DNA of 62,480 nucleotides, counting the filler, from Hausera hauseri (Eukaryota): NCBI GenBank assembly GCA_046269625.1. It is 10 parts of 10 records of this genome, joined end to end, with 100 filler letters (N's around TTAATTAATTAA, not from the genome) between each part and the next. Parts side by side here need not be neighbours in the genome. Positions count along the whole stretch, not along the records: positions 22,010 to 29,720 come from JBJURY010907200.1; positions 29,821 to 34,631 come from JBJURY010426919.1; positions 34,732 to 42,646 come from JBJURY010877626.1; 7 more parts are not named here. One strand, 5' to 3'. Positions within the stretch are counted from its first letter, which is position 1. Each line of letters starts with the position of its first letter. Under the pieces are notes generated by a model. It was not told the DNA's origin, did no database searches, and was given only the letters and a program-made list of their open reading frames with translations. This document shows positions 25,230 to 37,619 of the stretch, in pieces. The position numbers and the translations under genes are program-made.

Positions 25230-28200
25230 TGGAGGGGAAACTCGGCCACCATTCATTTTGGTTCCAGCCCCGCCGGGGCGGGGATCCCGACGGTCAACCC
25301 TGCGCCGGTCGGTCGGACGGCGCTTATGCGTCGGCTTACATCACGCCCCCAGGCGCACCACTCCTTCCCCTTCTGTTTTCTTTTCCCTCAATAATACCCA
25401 CATTTACACAATCACTACATCACATCCACACATTCTCACCCTTTGTAGCTCCATTTCCTTTTTACTCAATTTTTCCGATTTTTATTTCACCCATAACGGC
25501 GCTATCATACCTCTCACCGGAATCCTACCATCTTTCTCAAGCCACACTTGCCTCCACATACATCTCCGTATCCGTGGTGGCATGAACTCTTCGCCAACCA
25601 TTGACACCACGGATGAAACCACCACAAAACCAATACCTGTTATATTACTCCTAAAACCCACTCCTAACTCTGCTATCAACCTCACAGCCATTACCTCTTC
25701 CGCGCCTTTCCATAACTGCACCGAGTTTTTTAGTGACAAACAAGGCTCCAGCAAAACTTGGTTACAATTTCATCAAATATGGCTACAGGCAAGTAACATT
25801 ACCGACTCTAACTAAAGCACATAATCTTCTCTTCTTATTATCTAATAATATCAAAACGCGCATTCACAACATCGTCGAAATTTTCGAACTTCCAGACCCA
25901 TATTCCCAACTTTCTAACGCAGTTCCTAAGATCACAGAACCTTCCATGGACACGATCAAACAACGTTTCATCCACGACAACGTTATAGGCACCCAACGGA
26001 CATCAGAATTCTCATGCACATTCTTAGCACACCTACATACTCTCGGCGTCACTAAGGAACACAATACAGACCTACTGCGCCACTATTTCCTCAATGCACT
26101 ACCTATCCAAATCCGAGCAATACTTACCGTGGTGGTAGACTCCACACCGCATGAGAAATTAGACGAATTAGTCGATAGGACAGACGATGTCCTACACGTA
26201 AATTCTCCACCAGTTGTTTCAGCAGCAGTTGCCGCTAACGATAATATATCCATAGAACAACAGCTTAATCAGCTACGTGATGAAAATATTGCATTGCATA
26301 AAACAATCAACAATATAAATAATAACTTAAACGAATTGTCTCTGGCCCGCCGAGAGGGTTTTGCCGCTGACCGCACCCGCTCTGCGTCTAGAAACTGCCC
26401 ACCATCGCCTGCGCGTTCGTCGATTTGCTATTACCACAGCAGATTTAATACTAATGCTCAGAAGTGCTGCTAGGGTGCAAATTTTATAACAAGAGTTTTT
26501 CCTCAGACACATTTGTTTGCATTTACCATGCAAGGTTCAAAAATCAGGTTCGTAAATGTATTCCAGGTTGCACTTTCAAATCAAACATAAACGACAGACT
26601 TACTGCCTTTCCTTTTAATAGTCGTCCTAGTTCACCCTTTCAAAAAATCTAAGTTCCCCGCCAGAAGGCGCGGCAAACTCTGGTAATGGCACTACTTAAC
26701 TTTCTGAACGCCGACACGTCTCTTTTGCTGTCTTTACACTAAAGGCTGCAATCACTGCTCCTACAACACAATCTGTTGATTTCCTTATCAATACAGGTTT
26801 AGCAATTTCTTTATTACCACAAACCTTTCGTGCACAAAATTCTCCATTCAAAATCAAACCCTTATACACTGCTTCAGGCCAACCGCTGCACATTTTTGGC
26901 GTGGCTAAATTATCTTTCACATTACCAAATTTTCTTTTACCTTTCCACTGGACGTTCACAGTCGTTAACGTCCAGACTGCAATTCTAGGATCCGACTTTC
27001 TCTCACACTATAATTTATTGGTTGAATGCAGTCAGCGATGTTTGAAAAACGGCAGCACTGGCGATATTTCTGGACATGTCTATAGCATTTCGACTACCGC
27101 GCAGTCGACCAGAACGCGGAGGTCAATCTTAAAAAATTCAATGAATAATTCGATTTTTTATAACAATAATTCCATTTGTAAATTTTAAAATAATAATATT
27201 GATATACGATCGAGGTTCGATGTCGATAATTGTGGTACTGCCACCAACGTTAATTCATTCGACGAAAATACTTTATTTAACACCATTTTCACTTCTACCA
27301 TCTTACACCAAATACCACTTGACTGCACGTCACCCAACAACTCACAAATGGCATCCGCTACTACTCAAGTTGTCTCACTACTTCCACCGAATCTCTCACA
27401 GTTACATACAACTTTACAGCAATTCGTCAACACATCATGTCCACTCGTACTTAAAAAAGACCGTACGTTTACTCCCGCAAACAGTACCTTACACCATATA
27501 GTTACACAGCTTTAACGACCAATACACCAAAAGGTACGATCTCTGTCACCTCGTCGTAGACAGGCCGTAGAAGCCGAATTTCTTGAGCTAGAACTTTCCG
27601 GCATAGTACGACGTTCCAAATCTCCTTGGTCACCTTTACATGTTGTACAAAAAGGACGGTACTTTTAGAGCATGCGGTGACTACCGACAGCTAAACAACT
27701 TTAATATCATGGATGCATACCCTTTAGCACTCATCAAGGATATCTTGCATCGCCTTAATTCAACCACCATCTATTCGACCATTGATTTAGCTAAAGCATA
27801 CCATCAAATACCGGTGGCACCCCAAGACATAGAAAAAACTTCTGTAACTACTCCTTTTGGTCTCTATGAATACCTGTTTATGTCATTCTGTCTGCGAAAT
27901 GCAGCACAAACTTTTCAGCGGCACATTAATTCAATTCTTTCCGATTTCCCATTTGCACACCCTTATATCTATGATATGCTAGTCGTTTCATCTTAGCCCA
28001 AATAACACGAGGAACACCTTTGCGCAGTATTCCAACGTCTTAACCACCATAATCTCAAAATCAATTTCGACAAATGCCATTTTTTTAAAAAGCGCATTAA
28101 CTTTTTAGGCTACGTTATTACACCAGACGGTCATTCGCCCCAATCAGACCGAGTCGAAGCTCTTAAAAATATCCAGTTGCCACGTACAACCATCGAAATG

Positions 28201-29720
28201 CGCAGCTTCCTTGGCACACTACACTTTGTACATAAATATGTACCATATTGCTCCGATTTGACAGCATCATTCGCACACCTAAGCGGCGGCAAAAAACATT
28301 AGTCAATCCAGTGGATACCTCAATTGGTTGACAAATTTGAAAAGCTACGCGAAGGAATCAAAACCGTCAATATCCTAGCTTTCCCCAAGCCTGATGCAAA
28401 ACTTATCCTTACTACAGACCTGTCAACCTCTGCAGTAGGCGCTGTACTCCGAGAGATCTACAAAAGAGAAAATCAACCACTAGAATTTTTCGCTCGCAAG
28501 CTAACAGCACCTGAAACCAGATATTCCACGTTCGATCGTAAACTATTGGCCACCGTTCTCGCTTTAAAGCATTTCTCACATCTACTTGTCGCTCGTCATT
28601 TCACTCTACAAACCGATCACACGCCCTGACCTAACATCATGGCTATGAAACACCCTTCCACTTGCCAAGAACGACAAACATCATACTTATCGACATTTAA
28701 CTTCGATATTAAACATATTAACGGGGTTAACAATTTGGTTGCTGACTTTTTTATCTAGGTCGGTTAGTTCGATTAATTTTTCACCGATCTTTACGCAAGA
28801 CCAACTTCAACAGAACCAGCCGCCTCAGGACATGCTCAATTCTTTTAAATCTTGCACAATCGTTGACGGCGTGGCTTTAGACACCTCAAAACCAGGCCAT
28901 TCCGTAATAATTCTTGCACCATCATTGCAAAGGCAAGCTTTTCACAGCGTGCATTCACTACACCATCCTGGTGCTAAAGCCACTTTCCGTTTACTCCATC
29001 GACAAGTAATATGGCCGTCAATGCGTTCTGATGTGACAGGCATGGGTTAAGGAGTCTGTGGCTTGCCAAAAATACAAAACAACTAAGCATTTAAAGCCAC
29101 TACTATTCCACTTTCCTTGTACATCGCGTTTCGCGTCCGTGTATATCGACATCGTTAGCCTTTTCCTCCAGACAACGGTCATCAATTAATTCTCACCATG
29201 ATGGACCGTTCCTTGCGATGGCCATCCCTCTGCGGAGCACAAACACCGACACTATAGCTGATGTTTTCATTCGCACATGGATTAGCAGGTTTGGATCCCC
29301 TCGTTTCATCATCACCGACCAAGGCCCAAAATTTGAATCCAACCTGTTTAAATCCCTCGTCAATCGTTTGGGGATCCATCATATACATACTACACCTTAC
29401 CACCCACAATCGAACGGCTTACTGGAACGTTTCCACCGTACTTTGAAAACGTCCCTACGAATTCTCGCAGAGTCCAACAGTAGCTGGACCAATCTTCTCC
29501 CATTCGTTCTGCTCGGTTGGCGAAACACCCCATCGACCTCTACAGGATGTTCACCTACTGAGGCACTATTTGGAACTCCCGTTCGCTCTCTATTCGAACT
29601 AACTGCTTTGGACGACACTCCCACGGAAGAGACGATTCGGGCGGCGCAAAATCACTTTGTCGAGGTCAGTAAGGATTCGTTTTGCAGGTTACTGCACAAA
29701 GATAAAACATACTTACCCGA
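25230..29720 (+). mobile_element. CsRN1-like Gypsy copy B: Ubl-gag-PR-RT-RH-IN, degenerate
   Basis: HIHLRIRGGMN (GG at 25576-25581), two CxxHx9Cx3C knuckles, ILGSDFL, RACGDYRQLN, YSTFDRKLLA, TTPYHPQSNGLLERFHR. Confidence 0.95.
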
Positions 29721-29820
29721 NNNNNNNNNNNNNNNNNNNNNNNNNNNNNNNNNNNNNNNNNNNNTTAATTAATTAANNNNNNNNNNNNNNNNNNNNNNNN
29801 NNNNNNNNNNNNNNNNNNNN

Positions 29821-30850
29821 ATACAAAATCGATGTTTTGTGGTACCTTTCTTCTTAACCATGAGGACTGATAAATACCAAGATCTGTAGCTGGGCCTAAT
29901 TATATCCGCCTTAAGCATTCCTTCGACGTCTTTCGTTATTTCGGGTCTCAGTGAATGTGGTGCAGGATACCACTTTGGTATCTTCTGGTCTTCTAAATAT
30001 ATTTCCTCGTTTGACCCTGGCTTTTCCTTGAGTGGAATAGTTAGTTTTAATGCTTTCGCTCTTACTATATCTTCTTCATCTTTAGCAATAATTGATTTTT
30101 ATCGGCATAACAATTCGTAGAATCGACAATAAGATTCAGGAGAAAATTTAGTTTCGACATGAGGTGGAAATTCAGCATATTTATAAGGTTTCTCTTCAGT
30201 AGTTATCGACGATACCCTATACGTATCTCCTAAAGTAGTGTAGGCATGGATATTCACGGGGTCTGTGCATTATTCGCTATCCTGATCGGCACTCGACCGG
30301 AGTGTACCATTGTTAGTATGTTACTGAGTGTTATATTCGGATCTAACGTATATTTTGGTTCAAAATATACCGGCTGATCGTCATCTTGTTGTATTTGGGC
30401 ATAGATTATAACTTCTGTTCTTGGCGAAATATTCTCGTATACGGATATCCAGACCTCTCCAAATTTTCTATCCTTGGCGTTTTTTACGCCTTCATTTGGT
30501 CTAATTTCGAATAGCTTTCCTGTTTGCAGGTCAATTGCTATATTTGGTAGTCTTTTCAATGGATCGCATCCTAGTACTACGTCATCAGTTAATTGCTCCA
30601 TAACTGCAAATTCGTGATGGAAAACTGTCCAACTATTTGAACTTCTGGCTTCCATTTAAACATTGGTTTTGACATTTGACCAAATGCTCCTTTACTTCCT
30701 GGATCTTTCGTAGATGGTGGGTGTAACTGTTCTCTCAGCGTTTGGAGTATTGAATCATTTTTAACGTAAGACATCTCAGATACTGTATCTATTAATGCGT
30801 AAACTTCCCTATTTTCGATAGTGATCTTGGCAAAAGGTCTTCCTGCTATT
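29821..30850 (-). mobile_element. pol: Ty3/Gypsy protease, dUTPase-like spacer and RT N-terminus
   Basis: RPFAKITIENREVYALIDTVSEMS, VVLGCDPL, ISPRTEVII..VPIRIANN, YPAPHSLRPEI..MLKADIIRPS..VKKKG..RFC. Confidence 0.88.
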
Positions 30851-31282
30851 ACTGTTCCGGAACAGTTCGGCTTATCCTTTGAGCATTTCAGCGCTGATAT
30901 TTTGTGTCAATTAATTCGGATTTCCGGAGAGGATATTATATTCTCTGATAAATGTCATAATTCTTCGTTTGTGTATAATTCGTTGATTTCTATGTGTACT
31001 TCTTCTGCTTCATGTGTACTGATTAATGGCTCTCGATTATTAGTATGTAATTTAGTATTCTTGAAAGTTTTTAACCTTGGGTTGTCCCAAACCATTGATC
31101 TAGTTTCTATATTTCGAGGTTCTCTCAGCGAACACAACATCTTTTGACCGTCTGCGAATTGTCGATAACACATTTTCCGTAGGATTCCGTAACGTTTTGT
31201 TCCTTCATAAGGATCTTCTACATTAATTGTTCTTTTATAGATTTCCGTCTGATATGAACTCATAGATCGTTTGTCAAAATCT

Positions 31283-33184
31283 TCATAGAATGGTGCGGTA
31301 GGAGGTATGTCTATTTATTCCTGAAGGCACTTGTCCTCCCTTAGGCTCGTAATCATATAAATTATTTCTTCGTAACTTCGGTTTTGTAAGTTTTCGCTTT
31401 CGCAAGAATATAGGCCTTCCTTTTCGTTTACGATTATAGTAGCCAACATGGCGTTCTACGTCCCATTTCCATCTATTTTCTTCGTATGATTTCAAGAATT
31501 TTCCAAAAGGCGTTATGATCGCAGTCAGTATTTTACATGAAAATCCGGTTAATATAAATATTTCGTACCCATTTATTACCGCTTGGATGACTGCCTTAAT
31601 CATTTGTATCAGAAAATATATCGCTAAGAATCAGGATGCTGCTTGTCCGGAAATCAAAAATCTTCCCAAAATTTTGTAGAGTATTTCTGTTGTTACTCTC
31701 TGATAATGGTTTACGCCAAGTAATGATTCCCATTTAGCCTGATATCTGGTGTCGTCCACTACAGACGCCATAGCTCGATTCAGCTCATGGGTTCGTTGTC
31801 GTGGAAAAGCAAGGAATTGTCTAAAGGCCTCGATTTCCTTCGGCCTGTATATACCTTTTGACGAGGTGTCTTGAAATTTATCGTCTGTAATTCCTTTTGC
31901 TAGATTTGTTCCTGTCAGCTTGTTAGGAGCGGCGGTAATACCTCCATTAGGTAAACTAACCCAGTCGGTTTCGCTCCGTCTAAACATCGGTTCTCCTAGG
32001 CTTGCTTTACAATCCTTAAGAATGGTTGGTTGTGTCGCATTATCTAACAACACTCTTGTCAACGGCGTAGCTAGTCTCGGAGTATTCTGATAAATAACAG
32101 GAAGTTCTTGGATGCAACGTTTTTCTTCTACGTTGATGGGTACTTCTCTCTTTTCACATTCATAGGTTAGCAACACTTCGCCTGAAACTCGACCGAAAAT
32201 TCCTTCTCTCATGGGAATTATTGGAGAAGCTAATTCTGGGTTTGCATATATAAGAGACATTTTAGTTCTCATAATTTCGGTATCCAATTTACAGTCATTC
32301 ATTATCATTTTATGGTACAATTCTGTTATTTCGACTTGTCCTTTATAGTAGAAATAATCGTCCCTATTTTTCAGGTAGTCCTCAATCCGAACGTCTTGAG
32401 TTTCCAGTTTGTAAGTTTTCGTGTTTATTTCTGTTTTGGCTACAAAGAACGCTTTGTAGTTCGCAGCGAACATTACTACATCGCAGTGCGTGTCATAATC
32501 TCTTTCTTAATAAATTTTAGTCCGTGCGGGTCGGAAATTAGTATAGTCGGTGTCGGCTGTTCCGATACATCTTCGCGTGTTCTCGAATTAGTCTCCGATT
32601 TACCTACGTATCGTTTTAAGGTAGTTTCGTGACACTATAGAACATTACTTTTTGTGATCGCATGTCTGATTCATAGAAATCCACAACCACGACGTTTGAC
32701 TCTAATCCTTTCCCGGTATGGTATTCTGCTCCAATACAATGTCTGCTATGCATATCCAACCTTCCAGCTACTACTTTGTATGCTCTGATTATTTCCCTGG
32801 GTTGCATTTCCAGTTGCATGCTGTCCCATTGTATCCTTCCGGTTTCCTTAGCTTGTTTGCTTTGTTGACGCTCTAAATTCATCGGAATTAAAGGAGTGGT
32901 GGGCTTAATTATGGAAAGTGTCCGTGTATTAGTCCACAGTGAAAAATACTGCGTGACCGTTTTAGCATGCACTCCATTCCATTTAACGATATCAATTCTT
33001 GTTGCTGATACAGGAAGTAACTTTTCTCTCGTGTTTCTAGTTTGTGCAGTCTAGCATCCTCGTAGGCTTCTAAGTCCATTAAGGAATATCTCTGCCCTAA
33101 TTTAAACTTGCCACAATCATAGACGGTTACCGCACTTATATGCTTTATTAACATCATCAATGTAAGCAAGACAATTAGCCAATT
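31283..33184 (-). pseudogene. env: Chuvirus/herpes gB-like class III envelope glycoprotein
   Basis: Signal peptide then VYDC..YSL, ECMLKRSRSIFHCGLIH, GEVLLTYEC, CIQELPV, ATPLTRVL, KGIYRPKEIEAFRQFLAFP, and a C-terminal TM with INGY. Confidence 0.85.
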
Positions 33185-34631
33185 TGATTCATTTTTCTGA
33201 CCTCCAACGTCTGACATTGTCAGGCTACGTAACATATCGTCGAGTTTATTGTTGCTTCGTTTGTCTTCTTCCGTGTCAAATAGTCTCGCCCAATTTACTT
33301 CGCAAGGCATTCTTCTTGCTGCTTTCCGTGCTAAGTTTATTGCCCGATTGATTTCATTTTCTCGGTTTGGATTTATTTTGATGGCTAAGTACAGCAAAAC
33401 TTTTCTCAATTCTTCATTCGTGTTTTCTACCATGATCTTTTCTATTACTGACTCATCGGTTAAGTTACTTTTTGATAGTTTGAAACGTGAACTTTTCATC
33501 ATTTTGGCTGCATCAAATATTATCTTTTCTTTATCGTCTAACACATCTCCTCGAAAACTAGAATAATTTACAATTCGTATTAAATTTTTCATTAGCTCGC
33601 TTAATTCTTCGTTATCTGGGCTAAGGGTTGGAATCGACATCTGCTTCAGTTCCTTAATTAACTCTCCATTGTAATCCACTTCTTCTCGCACCTTCCTAGG
33701 TCTGCCTACTGGACGTTTTGGTCTTAGGCCTTTAGGGTTTGCTTCGCTTAGTGGTACTAAATTTATGTCGTATTGTTCTTTATCTTCATCCGTTTGTAAA
33801 TACTCGAAATACAATGCAGCGTCTCGGACTCCCATCATTTGTCCTACGCATTGTTCTGTTTTGGCTTTACGTGAAGCTTCTTCTTTTGTTTGTTCATTAG
33901 CAATTACTACCACTATCCGATTTGTTTCGTCAGGAATAATCCCAACGTCTATTAATTGTTACAAGTCGTCTAATATTCTACCTCTAAAATAAAATCTGTA
34001 GTTTAACTCGTCTGTTCCACCATTATTTACCAACCATTCTCTTACGTCCTTTACGTGGGAATGTGTAGTCAACTCGCACTCCTTTTCGTCCATCCATTGG
34101 GCTGACACCATTACTTTCATCGTCACTTCGGGTCTAGCCCTTAAGATCTTGGCGTACTTCCTTATCAAAAGTTTCGGCACCGTACTATAAATCGTGTTTT
34201 CGCTGGATAGTTTAGTTCAAGTTAGAACGAGTTGTCGCAGTTTATTTTCGGTAATATTTACGTTAATTAATTCAATCAAATCCTTTTCAGTAGCATTTCC
34301 ACATTGAATCTCCTATCCTTGGGGCATGTTTCTATTTCGTTAAGCTATACTGCAGTCATGGGTTTTCCAGCGAGTATTTCGTCAAAGTATGCATCCCATT
34401 CGGGTTCGTTTCCGACGTCCGGAAGTCGGTAATCTACAAAAGCCGTATTGGCTTTTTGAATGTTTTCTCGAATTTCCTTTAATTTAGGTTGTATTTCCTT
34501 CATTTTCGTAGTTCGAAAACCTACTCCATTTCTATGGGCATTTGAAATCATATTCAACAATTCACCGAATTTATTAGAGCCGATCAGTCCTTTCTGGTGA
34601 TAATCCGTTAATTCCAGAATCGTATTCGTCT
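33185..34631 (-). pseudogene. Polyprotein segment upstream of env with a ubiquitin-like domain (33899-34120) and AT-hook (33692-33721)
   Basis: MKVMV..HVKDVREWL..GTDELNYRFYFRGRILDDL*QLIDVGI and PKRPVGRPRK, in the same frame as the env N-terminus. Confidence 0.65.
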
Positions 34632-34731
34632 NNNNNNNNNNNNNNNNNNNNNNNNNNNNNNNNNNNNNNNNNNNNTTAATTAATTAANNNNNNNNNNNNN
34701 NNNNNNNNNNNNNNNNNNNNNNNNNNNNNNN

Positions 34732-35595
34732 TTTCTTTACAGCTTTAGGGATCAATTGGGCAGCAATGCTGCGCTATACTGGTATTAGGCTGCAGATCAT
34801 TAAGGATTATGATGATTTTTATAATCGAGAGAGGCATTAGAGGTAGAATATGCCAGGCCATTCATCGGTATAGCGAGGCCAACAACAAGTATATGACCCA
34901 GTATGATCTATTTAAGGAATCCTCATATATATCATACATGGATGTTAACAACTTGTATGGATATGCAATGAGCGCCCCATTGCCATACGATAACTTCAAA
35001 TGGTCGAGAATACTGAAAACATCCCTATAATGGACTGGATCCCATTGGAGATACGGTCTGTATACTGGAGTAAATATGGAATATCCGGCTTCTATCCACA
35101 CACGGCATCAACAGCTGCCTTTCCCCCCTAAGAGCAGGCCTCCGTCCCATGGAAGGCATAGAAAGCTGCTCTAGAAAGCTGCATAGAAAGCTATACAACA
35201 ACCGTGTTTTTGGCAAGACAATGGAAAATATCCGCAATAGGATCAACATTGAGCTAGTATGAGACTGGAGGCAGGCAAAGAAACTCATTGTCAAGCCCAA
35301 CTACCACAGCAGCACTATATATGCGAAGAACTTGGTAAGCATCCATATGCTGAAAACAGCAGTTGTATTCATTGGCAATATTAAATCTATCAAAATCTCT
35401 AATGCATCAATTCCATTATGACATTATGGTCCCCAAGTTCAAATCCATGCAGACGATGTATATGGATATTGATAGTTTCATCTATCAGATCAATACAGGG
35501 GATATTTATGATGACTTTGCCAAATTGACTCAACATGTGGATACCACGGAGTATCCGAAGGAACATCCCAACTATTCAATAACAAAGTCCTAGGG
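34732..35595 (+). pseudogene. polB: pPolB family 1 fragment, cut at 35595 by a TGTGG repeat
   Basis: IERGIRGRI, YMDVNNLYGYAMS, YMDIDSFIY, YPKEHPNYSI. Similar to 13800-14700. Confidence 0.92.
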
Positions 35596-35697
35596 TGTGG
35601 TGTCCACATCGGCTAATGCCCTTTGGCTCATTTGGTCTGGCACAGCCGGGCATCCGCTGTCGCAACGTCGGGCCTATAGGTGGACCATGATCTTCCA
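35596..35697 (+). repeat. TGTGGTGTCCACA terminal repeat copy
   Basis: Aligns with 9390-9495 and 12375-12487 (GCCCTTTGGC.CA.TTGGT...CACAGCCGG.CATCCG). Confidence 0.75.
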
Positions 35698-36501
35698 AGT
35701 ATAGGATTCAAGCAAAGAAAACGAAACAGACAAAATCAACACGAATTGGTGACTTTGATTGCTCTGCCGCGTATTACACCATTGCTAACCTATTAACTAC
35801 TATTGTCAGTCGTTGTAAAATTATCATCCATTCCATTCTTCAATTTCAGTTATCGGTTTCGACTGCTACGGCATATAATTACATATTGATGCCGAAATGC
35901 ATGTCCCGATTATTGCTGAGTCATCACCCTACTTGCATCATTGACAATTCATCTAGCAAGTCCATTTATAATTCGTCGGATTTTGTGACACAAAAATCGG
36001 CGTGTCGAGACAAGACAAATATGGATGTGAGTAATCATACCAACAACAACAATAATAATCATAATGGCAACGATCGTTCTGTTGTTCCATCATCGTTACC
36101 CACCGATTTCCTGGTGAATTGTGATCTGTGCATCGGTTTGGAAATTTTACAATCGATTACTTAAATCAACCTTTTCGTGCATTAAAATCGTATTTACATG
36201 TCTAATGAGCGCAAGTCTTTTTTAAGTCTAAGTTCGCTAATGATAATGATGCTTCATGTCATGGTTACCAGTCATGCTCTTCGAGACTTCCAATATCGAT
36301 TTGGCATGACTCCGATAGTACTATCAATTTTACTGGTTTTGTTGACTCAGGAAGTAATTGGTCAGCATCCGTGGCAATATATTGGTATTATAATCGGCTG
36401 GGTATGTCAACAATGCCGGATCATGTCGTTCCTGCTAAGTATTTCGCCCTACTTCCAATTCCACAGGGATCACAGAGCAGTATAATAACGATATTTGCAA
36501 T

Positions 36502-36830
36502 TTGGAAGACGATGGTGGGCACATCGTTACTCAGCGTTCCGTGGTACTAAAGTCGGCTGATAATATTCCAGTGGAACGAGGGATGACAAAAATGACCTTA
36601 GATTGTACAGATGCATGCCGATGTCATTTGGGCAAGTGGGCTAAATTAGTGGCAAAATTTTTTTCGTTTTTAGCACTTTTCGGTGCTTTAATTGTATTTT
36701 ATGTGCTACTTTGCGACTTCTTGCATTCTGTTTTTGGTTATATTTACGATTTTAGCATGAACAATATTCATACGGGTAATTTTGGATCATTGTTTAATAG
36801 ATCGTTTGATTATGTAATTTGTACAAGCAT
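36502..36830 (+). pseudogene. SLC38A9: SLC38A9-like amino acid transporter fragment
   Basis: VLKS..DCTDACRCHLGKWAKLVAKFFSFLALFGALIVFYVLLCDFLHSVFGYIYDF. Confidence 0.7.
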
Positions 36831-37135
36831 GCCGTCCTTTCCAACACACAACGCTTTCTATGAATTTTTTTTGAAGAATTGATTCCGTCAGACTATGATA
36901 TTAATTCTGTGATAGTTGTTTTAATAAGTCAATTAAATGTTTACACTTTGAAATTCTCAACCATATTACTTCAAAGATTATTGAAATTGTTTTTAATTCG
37001 TTATTTTGATCTCACGATTTGGATTTTGCTAAACAATTTACAGTTAACGTTGAGGTTTTAAGAGTGATCGCCTCCATTTTCGAAATTGAATTTTGATTAT
37101 CCGATTAGAACTTCAGGCTGTTTTAGATTTTCTGA

Positions 37136-37540
37136 ATGAACTACAAATTTTATTTGATGATACCGCTTAATTATTCGAAAGATGGAAGTTGTATCGATGG
37201 TATTTACGACGAATTTGCTGACTACGTTGAAGAGCGAGCAGACAACGAATACCATTTTCAGTGTAAATATGGAAAACTGCCAGGTATAGCATTTGCTCAC
37301 CGGTTTGAGAAATTCGAAGAACGATTTTTAATTCATTTGGAATACGCAGTAATTGTCGTGACTCCTAAGTCGGAAAGGGCCATGTTCAGATTTCTGCCGC
37401 AATTATTGATGTTTTTATCCACGCGGGGTATTTGGAAAAATCGGTTCATTTTTATTGTTCTTGGAAATGAAAGAATCGGCGAAAGTCTCGTTTACCGTCT
37501 GCCGATTCGGTTTTCGTTGGATAATTGGAACTTAAAATAG
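37136..37540 (+). CDS. Open 134-aa ORF, divergent TIR-like domain
   Basis: Alternating beta/alpha pattern: FYLMI..YSKD, LPGIAF (BB-loop-like PG), AVIVVTP, NRFIFIVL. Confidence 0.4.
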   Translation: MNYKFYLMIPLNYSKDGSCIDGIYDEFADYVEERADNEYHFQCKYGKLPGIAFAHRFEKFEERFLIHLEYAVIVVTPKSERAMFRFLPQLLMFLSTRGIWKNRFIFIVLGNERIGESLVYRLPIRFSLDNWNLK

Positions 37541-37619
37541 TGTCAGAAATGCACAAATTTTGTCACGAAGGTAACATTTTTTTCTAACATTGGTAATATT
37601 GTGAATTTTAAAACTGCTA

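Noticed and set aside
30821-33992. Plus-strand ORFs overlapping env/pol (and similar antisense ORFs elsewhere)
   Set aside because: They are shadow frames of real minus-strand coding sequence with no motifs of their own.
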